This document shows, piece after piece, positions 40,440 through 50,296 of a stretch of 64,000 bases of DNA (positions are counted from its first letter, which is position 1; every line of letters starts with the position of its first letter). The notes beneath the pieces were generated by a model. The model did not search any database and was not told the origin of the DNA. It saw nothing but the letters and a program-made list of their open reading frames with translations. The position numbers and the translations under genes were made by a program. Source of the DNA: an uncultured Nitrospiraceae bacterium (lineage in GTDB: Bacteria > Nitrospirota > Nitrospiria > Nitrospirales > Nitrospiraceae); assembly GCA_963846575.1 (NCBI GenBank), contig CAWJWJ010000002.1, forward strand, positions 2,400,001 to 2,464,000, in the 5' to 3' direction.

Positions 40440-41561
40440 ATGCCTCGCCGCGAGTGGGCTTTGGGAGAATGGGTGCTGCTCATCCCCATGGGAACGGCCC
40501 TCCTCTTCCTGCTGTACGGACATCAGTGGTTGCATGACCTCTCCAATCCTGCCTGGTTAGGCACCATGCTTGGTTCGCTCTTGCTGGTGATCGCCCTGTC
40601 TGCCTTCGCCGTACTCCGTCATGCGGAAGTGCTCGCCGCCCGTCTCGGCGAACCCATGGGAACGGTGATCCTCACGTTGTCCGTCACCGGCATTGAAGTC
40701 ATGATGATCGCCGCCTTTATGTTTAGCGGCCCGGGTAATACCACCTTGGCGCGAGATGCCATGTTTGCGGTGGTGATGATCGTTCTGAACGGAATGGTCG
40801 GCCTCTCCTTGCTGCTGGGTGGCTTGCGGTATCACGAACAGGCTTACAACCTACAAGGGGCAAACGCCTTCCTGGCGGTCATCGTTCCTTTGGCAGTCCT
40901 GGGACTGGTCATGCCGAACTATACGATATCCTCGCCAGGTCCCACCTACTCCCCCCATCAATCCGTCTTCCTGATCATCATGTCCTTAGGGCTGTATGGA
41001 GTGTTTCTCGCAATCCAAAATCTACGACACCGCGACTATTTTGAAGCACCCCGCGGGCAGGGCAAACGCAAGGTCGCCCAACTCCCCATCCATACCGCCC
41101 ATGGCGATGCCTCCGTCTGGTATCACACCATTCTTCTACTTGCGTACTTGCTTCCCCTCGTTGTCCTCTCTGAACATGTGGCCTCGCCGATCAATTACAC
41201 GCTCCAGTTATGGCAGGCCCCTACCGCACTCGGCGGGGTACTGGTGGCGGCCCTTGTCCTGGCGCCCGAATCTCTCGGCGCAGTCCGGGCCGCCCTGGCC
41301 AACCAATTGCAGCGCTCTGTCAATATTCTGATGGGGTCGGTGCTGGCCAGTATCAGCCTGACCATTCCGGCCGTACTCGGCATCGGGTTCGTTACGGAAA
41401 CGACCATTGTTCTCGGCCTGGACACCGTCGATACAATCCTATTGGCCCTGACGTTCCTGATCAGTATGTTGACCTTTACCATCAGACGCACCAATGTCCT
41501 TCTCGGGGCAGTCCATCTGCTCTTATTCCTGGCTTACCTCATGCTGATTTTCGAGAAGTGA
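40440..41561 (+). CDS. chaA: Ca2+/H+ antiporter, ChaA type
   Basis: HAEVLAARLGEPMGTVILTLSVTGIEV; LAPE; NQLQRSVNI. Confidence 0.85.
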   Translation: MPRREWALGEWVLLIPMGTALLFLLYGHQWLHDLSNPAWLGTMLGSLLLVIALSAFAVLRHAEVLAARLGEPMGTVILTLSVTGIEVMMIAAFMFSGPGNTTLARDAMFAVVMIVLNGMVGLSLLLGGLRYHEQAYNLQGANAFLAVIVPLAVLGLVMPNYTISSPGPTYSPHQSVFLIIMSLGLYGVFLAIQNLRHRDYFEAPRGQGKRKVAQLPIHTAHGDASVWYHTILLLAYLLPLVVLSEHVASPINYTLQLWQAPTALGGVLVAALVLAPESLGAVRAALANQLQRSVNILMGSVLASISLTIPAVLGIGFVTETTIVLGLDTVDTILLALTFLISMLTFTIRRTNVLLGAVHLLLFLAYLMLIFEK

Positions 41562-41668
41562 TTGGGCCAGGGCCGCTACCATTGCCGCACGCTCTTATCC
41601 ATTGGGCAACCACTGACCTTCCCAGGTTGCCACAGCCCGGGGGCTTCGCCGATAAAAGGCCTGACCGG

Positions 41669-41697
41669 TTGACTCACAAAATTGATTCGCAAATAAT
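41669..41697 (+). promoter_or_regulatory. Possible sigma70 promoter for the downstream regulator
   Basis: TTGACT-17 bp-AATAAT in an AT-rich patch. Confidence 0.45.
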
Positions 41698-42054
41698 TCT
41701 CAGCCTAAAATGTGAGTCTTTGGGCGATGAATGTATCCTGAACGGCCGAGCGGTCCCGTCGTTTAATCCCTGGGAAAGGTGCTCGCCTGTTCGCACGTGA
41801 GGAACACTTCGATCTTCTCTGAACAGAAGCACAGCAGAGAGTACGGAACTGTCCGTTACCTCCATAACAACTGGTTTCCGAGACATCCGGCATGTCAAAC
41901 TGAGTCACGCTCGGAGCCCTCATGGACCGAGGCAGAAACTGTTCATAGGATGCCCCCAATGTTTGGTGCTGCACAGCCAGGATTTCGCTTTGCATGTGAA
42001 TAGGGGAAACCGGACTGTATCCATGGGAGTCAACGTTTGCTGAAAGAACCGAAG

Positions 42055-43476
42055 ATGTCTGGACACCACCCCAAAACATTCACCGTCCTGCTCGTCGATG
42101 ACAATGCCGGGGACGTGGACATGTTTTTGCGGACCGTTGAACACGAACTGCCCCGCCATGAAGACGAGCGTGTGGACGTCGTCATCAATGCCACCGCGGA
42201 GGGTGCTCTGGAACGCCTGCAGCATCAACCGGTTGACCTCATTATTGCCGATGTCCGCCTGCCCGGGATGAGTGGGATTGAGTTGCTCCGGAGGGTGCAG
42301 GACATCAACCGACGAATTCCCGTCATCATCGTCAGCTGGGTCAATGCAACCGACACGGTGATTGACGCGATCCGTCATGGTGCCTTCGACTACATCGTGA
42401 AGCCGTATGACACCATGGATGTATCGGCTCGCATTCATCGGGCCATGCGCATGTCCGAAATTCTTTCGCAGGCTTCACCCGATGAGCCAGCCACCCCTCA
42501 CATTCCCTTTAAGAACCTGGTAGGCGTGAGTTCCCCCATTCGAAAGGTCATGGCGATGATCGAAGCCATCGCCCGGGTGCCATCGACGACTCTGATCATC
42601 GGAGAGACTGGTACGGGCAAAGAACTGATTGCTAAAGCGATTCACGAGCGAAGTCTCGATTGCGACGGTCCGTTTCAAGTCGTCGACTGCACGACCTTTT
42701 CAGAGGGCACAGTGGAGAGCGAACTATTCGGCCATGTCCGTGGCGCGTTCACCGGGGCAGTTGCTGACAAGACCGGCTTGATCGAATCCGGAAGTCACGG
42801 CACCGTCTTTCTGGACGAGATCGGGGATCTGCCCGCCAGTCTTCAAGCGAAACTGCTACGAGTGCTGGAGGCAGGCGAGGTCCGTGCCGTAGGTAGCACG
42901 CAGCAACGGAAGGTCAATGTGCGGTTCATTGCCGCCACGAACCAGGACCTGGCGGAGAAAGTGAAACGCAACGAATTCAGAAAGGACCTCTACTTTCGGC
43001 TCAATGTCATGGTGATCCGCGTGCCCCCATTGCGGGAGAGGACAGAAGATATTCCCGTGCTGGCACGTCACTTCATGGCCCGCTATGCCAAAGAATTTAC
43101 AAAACATGTGGAAGACCTTCATCCGTCGGCCGTCACCGAACTTGTCGCGTACCCATGGCCTGGTAACGTGCGAGAGTTGCGCAATGTGATGGAACGCGCC
43201 GTCATGTTAGCTAAAGGTGATCGCATCGGCATCAGTGATGTGGCTGGTCTTTTGGCGGTCCCAGATGACCGGCAGCGAGACGCTGGGGATGAAGACTATC
43301 TCCATCTGCCCTACGCCAAAGCAAAAGAAATGGTGCTGGAGGCATTTAACCGACGATACATATCAACCAAACTTACTATCCATCAGGGCAATGTCACGCA
43401 TGCCGCTCAAGACGCCGGACTTCCCCGTTCCTACTTTCACGAAATTATGCGCCGGTTCACCAGGGACGAAAAATGA
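42055..43476 (+). CDS. Orphan sigma54 response regulator upstream of nxrA copy 2
   Basis: Receiver (IADVRLPG), [26 protein letters not shown]. Confidence 0.92.
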   Translation: MSGHHPKTFTVLLVDDNAGDVDMFLRTVEHELPRHEDERVDVVINATAEGALERLQHQPVDLIIADVRLPGMSGIELLRRVQDINRRIPVIIVSWVNATDTVIDAIRHGAFDYIVKPYDTMDVSARIHRAMRMSEILSQASPDEPATPHIPFKNLVGVSSPIRKVMAMIEAIARVPSTTLIIGETGTGKELIAKAIHERSLDCDGPFQVVDCTTFSEGTVESELFGHVRGAFTGAVADKTGLIESGSHGTVFLDEIGDLPASLQAKLLRVLEAGEVRAVGSTQQRKVNVRFIAATNQDLAEKVKRNEFRKDLYFRLNVMVIRVPPLRERTEDIPVLARHFMARYAKEFTKHVEDLHPSAVTELVAYPWPGNVRELRNVMERAVMLAKGDRIGISDVAGLLAVPDDRQRDAGDEDYLHLPYAKAKEMVLEAFNRRYISTKLTIHQGNVTHAAQDAGLPRSYFHEIMRRFTRDEK

Positions 43477-43642
43477 CTGTCAGCAAATCATGACAGTCAG
43501 CCATGCCAGTCATGACTAAGTCATTGTTTTATATTGAGTTTCACTAGAAATCACGGGTAGTCAGGTTTTACGAACATGACATATCATTGTATTATCAATC
43601 ACTTAAGGCATTGCTCCTCGACAGTAGTCAGTAGTTCCTGAC
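43474..43642. promoter_or_regulatory. Candidate enhancer palindromes GTCA-N8-TGAC and an IHF site
   Basis: TGACTGTCA-N8-TGACAGTCA (43474-43499), GTCA-N8-TGAC (43627-43642), TATCAATCACTTA (43593-43605) matching WATCAANNNNTTR. Confidence 0.6.
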
Positions 43643-43765
43643 CCACCTCCCCTCCTTGCATTCGAACCCACTTATCATGACTTTCGGTTCATCTATAAGC
43701 CTTTGTTTTTAAGCTTCATTTTGTCAACCGCTGCGGATCATTCAGATTTCAACAAACGGCCCATG

Positions 43766-43781
43766 AGGCATGCGACTTGTA
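43766..43781 (+). promoter_or_regulatory. Sigma54-like promoter of nxrAB copy 2 (non-canonical -12)
   Basis: AGGCATGCGACTTGTA: GG-N10-GT instead of GC. Confidence 0.6.
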
Positions 43782-43956
43782 ATACTCCTACTACGCGAGC
43801 GAATGTCCGCTCACATTTTTCGAATTGCGAGTGACGAATGTTTCCAATTCGACACAAGGAAAGGAGGTGTACAGCTAGATTGCATCCGGAAAGCGCAGTG
43901 AAGGTGTACGAACAGGTGCATGAGGGACTCATGTGCCTCACAAGGAGGTAGCTATT

Positions 43957-46900
43957 ATGCAGGTTTCCGTTTCACGGAGACAGTTTCTCAAAATCTCGGC
44001 GGGAACCGTCGCGGCAGTGGCCGTGGCGGACAAAGTCCTCGCGCTGACCGCGCTGCAGCCGGTCATCGAGGTTGGAAACCCGCTGGGTGAGTACCCCGAT
44101 CGGTCCTGGGAACGTGTGTATCACGACCAGTACCGGTACGACTCATCCTTTACCTGGTGCTGCTCACCGAACGACACTCACGGCTGTCGGATCCGGGCCT
44201 TTGTCCGGAACGGCGTCGTCATGCGCGTCGAGCAGAACTATGACCACCAAACCTATGAAGACCTCTACGGTAACCGAGGCACATTCGCCCATAACCCGCG
44301 CATGTGCTTGAAGGGCTTCACGTTCCACCGACGTGTATACGGTCCCTATCGATTGAAGGGTCCGTTGATGCGGAAGGGCTGGAAGCAGTGGATGGACGAC
44401 GGCTCCCCCGAGCTGACCCCAGATGTGAAGCGCAAGTATAAATTCGACAGCCGGTTCCTGGACGACCTCAACCGAGTATCGTGGGATACCGCCTTCACCT
44501 ATGTGGCAAAAGGCTGCGTGCTCATCGCCACGCGGTACAGCGGCGAAGCAGGCGCGCGTCGTCTCCGCGAGCAGGGGTATGCTCCGGAAATGATCGAGAT
44601 GATGAAGGGTGCCGGCGTGCGGACCTTCAAACATCGAGCCGGTATGCCGGTCCTCGGCATCATTGGCAAGATGATGAACACCCGCTTCAACGGTGGATGC
44701 CTGCCGTTGCTGGACTCCTGGATTCGCAAAGTCGATGCCGATAGAGCGCAAGGTGGAAAGTACTACTCCAACTATACGTGGCACGGCGACCAAGATCCGT
44801 CCCATCCGTTCTGGAACGGGACCCAGAACTGCGATATCGACCTCTCCGACATGCGCTTCTCCAAGCTGAACACCAGCTGGGGAAAGAACTTTGTCGAGAA
44901 CAAGATGCCGGAAGCGCACTGGAAGCTCGAGTCGATCGAGCGCGGTGCCCGCATCGTCGTGATCACTCCGGAATACAACCCAACGGCATACCGCGCCGAT
45001 TACTGGATTCCTCTTCGGCCGGAAACCGATGGCGCGAACTTCCTGGGTGCCGCGAAGATCATCTTCGACGAAAATCTCCAGGACATCGACTACATTAAGG
45101 AATTTACCGACCTGCCGTTGCTCGTACGGACGGATACGCTCCAGTACCTCGATCCGCGCGACGTGATTGCAGATTACAAGTTCCCTGATTTTTCAAAGAG
45201 CTACACGGGCCGTATCCAATCCTTGAAACCCGAGCAAATCGAACGGCTCGGCGGCATGATGGTCTGGGACCTGGCCAAGGGGAAAGCGGTTCCTCTACAC
45301 CGGGAACAGGTCGGCTTCCACTTCAAGGAAAGCGGCATTGATCCAGCCTTGACCGGTACCCATCGAGTCAAACTGCTCAATGGTCGTGAGATCGACGTCA
45401 TGTCGATTTACCAGATGTATCAAGTCCACCTCCAGGACTATGACCTGGATACCACGCACCAAATCACCCGTGCGCCGAAAGACCTGTTGGTCCGTTGGGC
45501 GCGTGATTCGGGCACGATTAAGCCGGCGGCGATGCATAACGGCGAAGGCGTTTGTCACTATTTCCACATGACGGAAATGGGTCGGGCGGCTGCGTTCATC
45601 ATGACCATCACCGGCAACATTGGCAAGTTCGGCACGGGCTGCCATACCTGGTCTGGTAACTACAAGGCCGGTATCTGGAACGCCGTTCCCTGGTCAGGCG
45701 CGGGACTCGCGGTGCACACCGGTGAGGATCCGTTCAATCTGACGTTGGATCCGAACGCCCACGGCAAGGAGATCAAGACCCGATCGTATTACTACGGTGA
45801 AGAAGTCGGATACTGGAACCACGGTGATACGGCCTTGATCGTCAACACGCCGAAGTACGGACGCAAGGTGTTCACCGGCAAGACCCACATGCCGAGCCCC
45901 AGCAAAGTCCGCTGGGTCACGAACGTGAACATCCTCAACAATGCCAAGCACCACTACGACATGGTGAAGAACGTCGACCCGAACATCGAGATGATCGTGA
46001 CGCAAGACATCGAGATGACCTCGGACGTCAACCATGCCGACGTGGCGTTTGCGTGTAACTCGTGGATGGAGTTCACCTATCCAGAAATGACAGGCACGGT
46101 CTCCAATCCGTGGATTCAAATCTGGAAGGGTGGCATTCGTCCGTTGTACGATACCCGCAACGACGCGGACACCTTCGCTGGCGTCGCAGCCAAATTGGCT
46201 GAAATGACCGGTGATGCACGCTTCCGCGGCGTGTTCCACTTCGTGTACATGAACCGCGTCGATGTCTATCCACAGCGGATGCTGGATGCCAGCGCGACCT
46301 GCTACGGATACAGCGCCGACGTCATGTTGAAGTCGGAAAAGGGTTGGATGGTCATGGGTCGGACCTATCCGCGTCATCCGCTCTGGGAAGAGACGAACGA
46401 GTCCAAGCCCCAGTGGACGCGGTCGGGACGCATTGAGACCTACCGTATCGAACCGGAAGCGATCGAGTACGGGGAAAACTTCATCGTACACCGGGAAGGC
46501 CCGGAGTGTACCCCGTATCTGCCGAATGCGATTTTCTCAAACAATCCATTCATTCGGCCGGACGATTACGGTATTCCGATCACGGCGCAGCACCATGATG
46601 ACAAGCATGTGCGAAACATCAAGCTGCCGTGGCAGGAAATCAAGCGACATCCGAACCCGTTGTGGGAGAAGGGCTACCAGTTCTACTGCGTGACGCCCAA
46701 GACCCGGCACCGGGTGCATAGCCAATGGTCGGTGAACGACTGGGTGCAGATTTACGAGTCGAACTTCGGCGATCCGTATCGGATGGACAAACGGACACCA
46801 GGTGTCGGCGAGCACCAATTGCACATCAACCCGCAAGCGGCGAAAGACCGCGGCATCAACGACGGCGACTACGTCTTTGTCGACGGTAACCCGGTGGACC

Positions 46901-47400
46901 GGCCCTATCGTGGCTGGAAGCCGTCGGACCCGTTCTACAAGGTCTCCCGGTTGATGATTCGTGCCAAGTACAATCCGGCCTATCCGTACCACGTCACGAT
47001 GGCAAAACATGCCCCGTATGTGGCAACGGCCAAGTCGGTGAAAGGCCACGAGACGCGGCCGGACGGACGCGCCATTGCGGTGGACACCGGCTATCAGTCC
47101 AACTTCCGGTACGGCGCACAACAGTCGTTTACCAGAAGCTGGTTGATGCCGATGCACCAAACCGACTCGCTCCCCGGCAAACATACGGTTGCCTGGAAGT
47201 TCAAGTGGGGCTATGCCATCGATCACCATGGCGTCAACACGACTCCGAAGGAGTGCCTGATCCGCATCACCAAGGCGGAAGACGGCGGCATCGGAGCCCG
47301 TGGGCCGTGGGAACCAGTCCGGACCGGTTTCACGCCGGGTCAGGAAAACGAGTTCATGATTAAGTGGCTCAAGGGGGAACATATCAAGATCAAGGTCTAG
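43957..47400 (+). CDS. nxrA: Nitrite oxidoreductase alpha subunit, copy 2 (intact)
   Basis: RBS AGGAGG; Tat SRRQFLK; CCSPNDTHGC; TWHGDQ. Confidence 0.97.
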   Translation: MQVSVSRRQFLKISAGTVAAVAVADKVLALTALQPVIEVGNPLGEYPDRSWERVYHDQYRYDSSFTWCCSPNDTHGCRIRAFVRNGVVMRVEQNYDHQTYEDLYGNRGTFAHNPRMCLKGFTFHRRVYGPYRLKGPLMRKGWKQWMDDGSPELTPDVKRKYKFDSRFLDDLNRVSWDTAFTYVAKGCVLIATRYSGEAGARRLREQGYAPEMIEMMKGAGVRTFKHRAGMPVLGIIGKMMNTRFNGGCLPLLDSWIRKVDADRAQGGKYYSNYTWHGDQDPSHPFWNGTQNCDIDLSDMRFSKLNTSWGKNFVENKMPEAHWKLESIERGARIVVITPEYNPTAYRADYWIPLRPETDGANFLGAAKIIFDENLQDIDYIKEFTDLPLLVRTDTLQYLDPRDVIADYKFPDFSKSYTGRIQSLKPEQIERLGGMMVWDLAKGKAVPLHREQVGFHFKESGIDPALTGTHRVKLLNGREIDVMSIYQMYQVHLQDYDLDTTHQITRAPKDLLVRWARDSGTIKPAAMHNGEGVCHYFHMTEMGRAAAFIMTITGNIGKFGTGCHTWSGNYKAGIWNAVPWSGAGLAVHTGEDPFNLTLDPNAHGKEIKTRSYYYGEEVGYWNHGDTALIVNTPKYGRKVFTGKTHMPSPSKVRWVTNVNILNNAKHHYDMVKNVDPNIEMIVTQDIEMTSDVNHADVAFACNSWMEFTYPEMTGTVSNPWIQIWKGGIRPLYDTRNDADTFAGVAAKLAEMTGDARFRGVFHFVYMNRVDVYPQRMLDASATCYGYSADVMLKSEKGWMVMGRTYPRHPLWEETNESKPQWTRSGRIETYRIEPEAIEYGENFIVHREGPECTPYLPNAIFSNNPFIRPDDYGIPITAQHHDDKHVRNIKLPWQEIKRHPNPLWEKGYQFYCVTPKTRHRVHSQWSVNDWVQIYESNFGDPYRMDKRTPGVGEHQLHINPQAAKDRGINDGDYVFVDGNPVDRPYRGWKPSDPFYKVSRLMIRAKYNPAYPYHVTMAKHAPYVATAKSVKGHETRPDGRAIAVDTGYQSNFRYGAQQSFTRSWLMPMHQTDSLPGKHTVAWKFKWGYAIDHHGVNTTPKECLIRITKAEDGGIGARGPWEPVRTGFTPGQENEFMIKWLKGEHIKIKV

Positions 47401-47415
47401 GGATCGATGGTCACG

Positions 47416-47437
47416 CCTAAGAGGACTGCCTCTTAGG
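47416..47437. repeat. Stem-loop in the nxrA-nxrB spacer
   Basis: CCTAAGAGG-ACTG-CCTCTTAGG. Confidence 0.7.
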
Positions 47438-47509
47438 GACGTCGTTCTCAGGACTTGAAACGAATGCGAACCATTAACCACATAATCATGTTCAGAAGGA
47501 GGATTCACA

Positions 47510-48799
47510 ATGCCAGAAGTCTATAACTGGCAACTGGGACGGAAGATGCTGTATCCCTACGAGGAGCGGCATCCGAAGTGGCAGTTTGCCTTTGTGTTCA
47601 ACATCAATCGCTGTTTGGCTTGTCAGACCTGTTCGATGGCCGACAAGTCGACCTGGCTCTTCTCGAAGGGGCAGGAATACATGTGGTGGAACAACGTGGA
47701 GACCAAGCCGTACGGCGGGTATCCGCAGTTCTACGACGTGAAGATCACCCAGCTCGTCGAGCAAGTGAACCCGGGTGGCCAGGTGTGGAACGTCCGGGTG
47801 GGACGCAAGCACCATGCGCCGTACGGGGTGTTCGAAGGCATGACCATTTTCGACGCGGGCGCCAAGGTGGGCCAGGCGGCGATCGGGTATATTCCGACGG
47901 ACCAGGAATGGCGGTTCGTGAACATTTACGAAGACACGGCGACTTCGATGCGGGCCATTGTCGAGAACATCGACAAGTCCGGCTTTACGCGCGACGAACC
48001 GTGGCGGCTCTCCGGCAGCAGCTTGCCGGAACATGAGACGTATTTCTTCTATCTGCAGCGGATCTGTAACCACTGCACCTATCCGGGCTGTCTGGCAGCC
48101 TGTCCGCGGAAGGCGATCTACAAGCGGCCGGAAGACGGCATTGTGTTGATCGACCAGAACCGCTGCCGCGGGTACAAGAAGTGCGTGGAACAGTGTCCCT
48201 ACAAGAAGCCGATGTACCGGGGCACGACCCGGGTATCGGAGAAGTGTATTGCCTGTTATCCGCGCATCGAAGGCAAGGACCCGCTGACGGGCGGCGAGCC
48301 GATGGAAACGCGTTGTATGGCCGCCTGCGTCGGCAAGATCCGGATGCAGAGCCTGATGCGCATCGGCGACGACGGTCTGTGGGCGGAAGATCGATGGCAC
48401 CCGCTGTACTACACGATTCGTGTGGAGCAGGTGGCGCTGCCGTTGTATCCGCAGTGGGGCACCGAGCCCAACGGCTACTACATTCCGCCACGGCACAGCC
48501 CGCGAGGGTATGCGCGGCAGATGTTCGGGCCGGGCGTGGACAACGCCATTGAGAAGTATCTCGTTCCGAGCCGGGAACTGTTGGCGGTCCTCCAACTCTG
48601 GAGAGCCAGCCAGCAGATCATCTTCCGGTACGACGTCATTCCGGGTCCGAAAGTGTTCGAAACCCAAATCCACGGGAAGCGGTTCGACATGTACAACGAT
48701 ACCGTGTTGGGCTTCAACAAGTCGGGCAAGGAAGTGGCGCGTATTCAGGTCGAAGAGCCGATCTACATTCGGCCGGCCGAGCGCGTGAACTGGCTGTAA
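47510..48799 (+). CDS. nxrB: Nitrite oxidoreductase beta subunit, copy 2 (intact)
   Basis: 429 aa; Fe-S Cys groups; RBS AGGAGG. Confidence 0.97.
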   Translation: MPEVYNWQLGRKMLYPYEERHPKWQFAFVFNINRCLACQTCSMADKSTWLFSKGQEYMWWNNVETKPYGGYPQFYDVKITQLVEQVNPGGQVWNVRVGRKHHAPYGVFEGMTIFDAGAKVGQAAIGYIPTDQEWRFVNIYEDTATSMRAIVENIDKSGFTRDEPWRLSGSSLPEHETYFFYLQRICNHCTYPGCLAACPRKAIYKRPEDGIVLIDQNRCRGYKKCVEQCPYKKPMYRGTTRVSEKCIACYPRIEGKDPLTGGEPMETRCMAACVGKIRMQSLMRIGDDGLWAEDRWHPLYYTIRVEQVALPLYPQWGTEPNGYYIPPRHSPRGYARQMFGPGVDNAIEKYLVPSRELLAVLQLWRASQQIIFRYDVIPGPKVFETQIHGKRFDMYNDTVLGFNKSGKEVARIQVEEPIYIRPAERVNWL

Positions 48800-48853
48800 T
48801 ACTCATACGGGGGAGAACGGTATTCCTCTCTCCCCAGTAACGAGCTTGCACCA

Positions 48854-48898
48854 ACGAAGGCAGGAAGTTCACAGGAGCTTCCTGCCTTCGTGTTTTTT
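48854..48898 (+). terminator. Intrinsic terminator after nxrB copy 2
   Basis: ACGAAGGCAGGAAGTTC-ACAG-GAGCTTCCTGCCTTCGT followed by a T run. Confidence 0.8.
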
Positions 48899-49159
48899 GC
48901 CACTCCTGCGAACTAGGAGGCGTGCTGCGCGGACACTCATTCTGGGTCATTCGTGGGGTTGGAAGTATGAGCGCGTCCTTTCCAATGAGCATATGACAAA
49001 CCTTTTCGGACGCGGTCTGTAACAATCTGCATCGACTTTTCTCTCTCCTCCGATCTGTCACTGTATAGGGGCAATGAACCTCGTTCATGCGATTCATACC
49101 TATTTCTGCCAGTCAGCCGGCCGCACTCTGATCTTAATGGCATTTATATCCTGCAGTTC

Positions 49160-49212
49160 TTGACAGGCTTCCTTTTTGAAGCTATACTCCCCCTAGTTGA
49201 TAACGGTTATCA
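49160..49212 (+). promoter_or_regulatory. Sigma70 promoter with an adjacent Fur-like box
   Basis: TTGACA-17 bp-TATACT (49160-49188), then the 7-1-7 palindrome TGATAAC-G-GTTATCA (49198-49212). Confidence 0.78.
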
Positions 49213-49270
49213 GTATCGAGACAATGCACTCTTCGCGCGGATCATCAATCATCAGTGGGAGATGCCACTC

Positions 49271-49477
49271 ATGTATGTCTGCTTGTGTAAGGGCTTGACG
49301 GAATCAGATGTGCGGGAAGCCGGCCGCCAGGGATGCCTGACAACCCGGCAAATTATTGCTGAGTTCGGCCTGCGGGAGAATGGGTGCTGCGGACGTTGCG
49401 CGAAAAATATCCATGAACTCGTTACACTGGCAAAAGGGCAGTTGGAAAGTGCTCGCTCAAACCCAGTACCTTCTTAA
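49271..49477 (+). CDS. bfd: Bacterioferritin-associated ferredoxin-like [2Fe-2S] protein
   Basis: MYVCLC...CCGRC motif. Confidence 0.85.
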   Translation: MYVCLCKGLTESDVREAGRQGCLTTRQIIAEFGLRENGCCGRCAKNIHELVTLAKGQLESARSNPVPS

Positions 49478-49528
49478 TTCCCAAGTGTCGGGAGCACCGC
49501 GTTCCCGTTATCGTATCGATAGAATCCC

Positions 49529-50161
49529 TCACTGCCCCCTCTCGGAAGATTGTCTCATTTGCAGTTCAAAACCTTTTCTAACGACAACGGCTATCTCCGT
49601 TACCCGTTGCCCTAGATCCCGCGCCGCCGCCAGTTCTTGTTCATCGATACCCTGACTACTACCTTCTGTCGTAGCGGAAGCGCCAAAGGCCCCACCCCCA
49701 CTGACGACTATCATGTAATTTCCCAGCATGGCCGACAGCATCGAGAGTAGGGTCAGTTCTTTTCCACTCGAAACTTGGCCCCCCGTGGCAAATGCCCCGC
49801 CGACCTTATTCTTGAGTTTAAACTCTGGAAAAACCCCGAACTTAAATTGCCAGTCGTCAATGAAAGCTTTGACTTCTCCGGCCATATTGGACCAGTAGAC
49901 CGGAGAACCCAGGATGATGGCATCTGCAGTGAACAACTCCTCGGCCGTCACCTGCCCTACCCGCTTCATTGTCACATGGGCGGAAGGAACCTTCCCGGCT
50001 CCTTCCGCCACCGCCTTGGCCATCTGCTCGGTATGCCCGGAAAGGGAGTGATAGGCGACCAGCACGTGAATGGTCGAGAGGTTGTCAGCAGGATGCGCAT
50101 TGTGCGATGCGACCACCAGCCCAGCAATGCACAACAGCAGGACACGCAACAATTGAATCAT
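49529..50161 (-). CDS. WrbA-like flavodoxin-fold protein with a signal peptide
   Basis: YHSLSGHTEQMA, GSPVYW, KVGGAFATGG. Confidence 0.85.
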   Translation of the reverse strand: MIQLLRVLLLCIAGLVVASHNAHPADNLSTIHVLVAYHSLSGHTEQMAKAVAEGAGKVPSAHVTMKRVGQVTAEELFTADAIILGSPVYWSNMAGEVKAFIDDWQFKFGVFPEFKLKNKVGGAFATGGQVSSGKELTLLSMLSAMLGNYMIVVSGGGAFGASATTEGSSQGIDEQELAAARDLGQRVTEIAVVVRKGFELQMRQSSERGQ

Positions 50162-50296
50162 CGGACACCCACTTGACAGCGAGAGAAGGATTGGAAGCCG
50201 ACGGGCCAGACTATCACAGGCCTCGCAGACGACCTGGCCCTCTGCAGAAGAGAAGGGGAAGGGTCTGAACAGTACTCGCCGCGAAACGCCCGCTTC

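Noticed and set aside
43957..48799. Calling these genes respiratory nitrate reductase narGH
   Set aside because: Tat signal on the alpha subunit, Cys/Asp FS0 motif and absence of narJI indicate periplasmic Nitrospira-type NXR.
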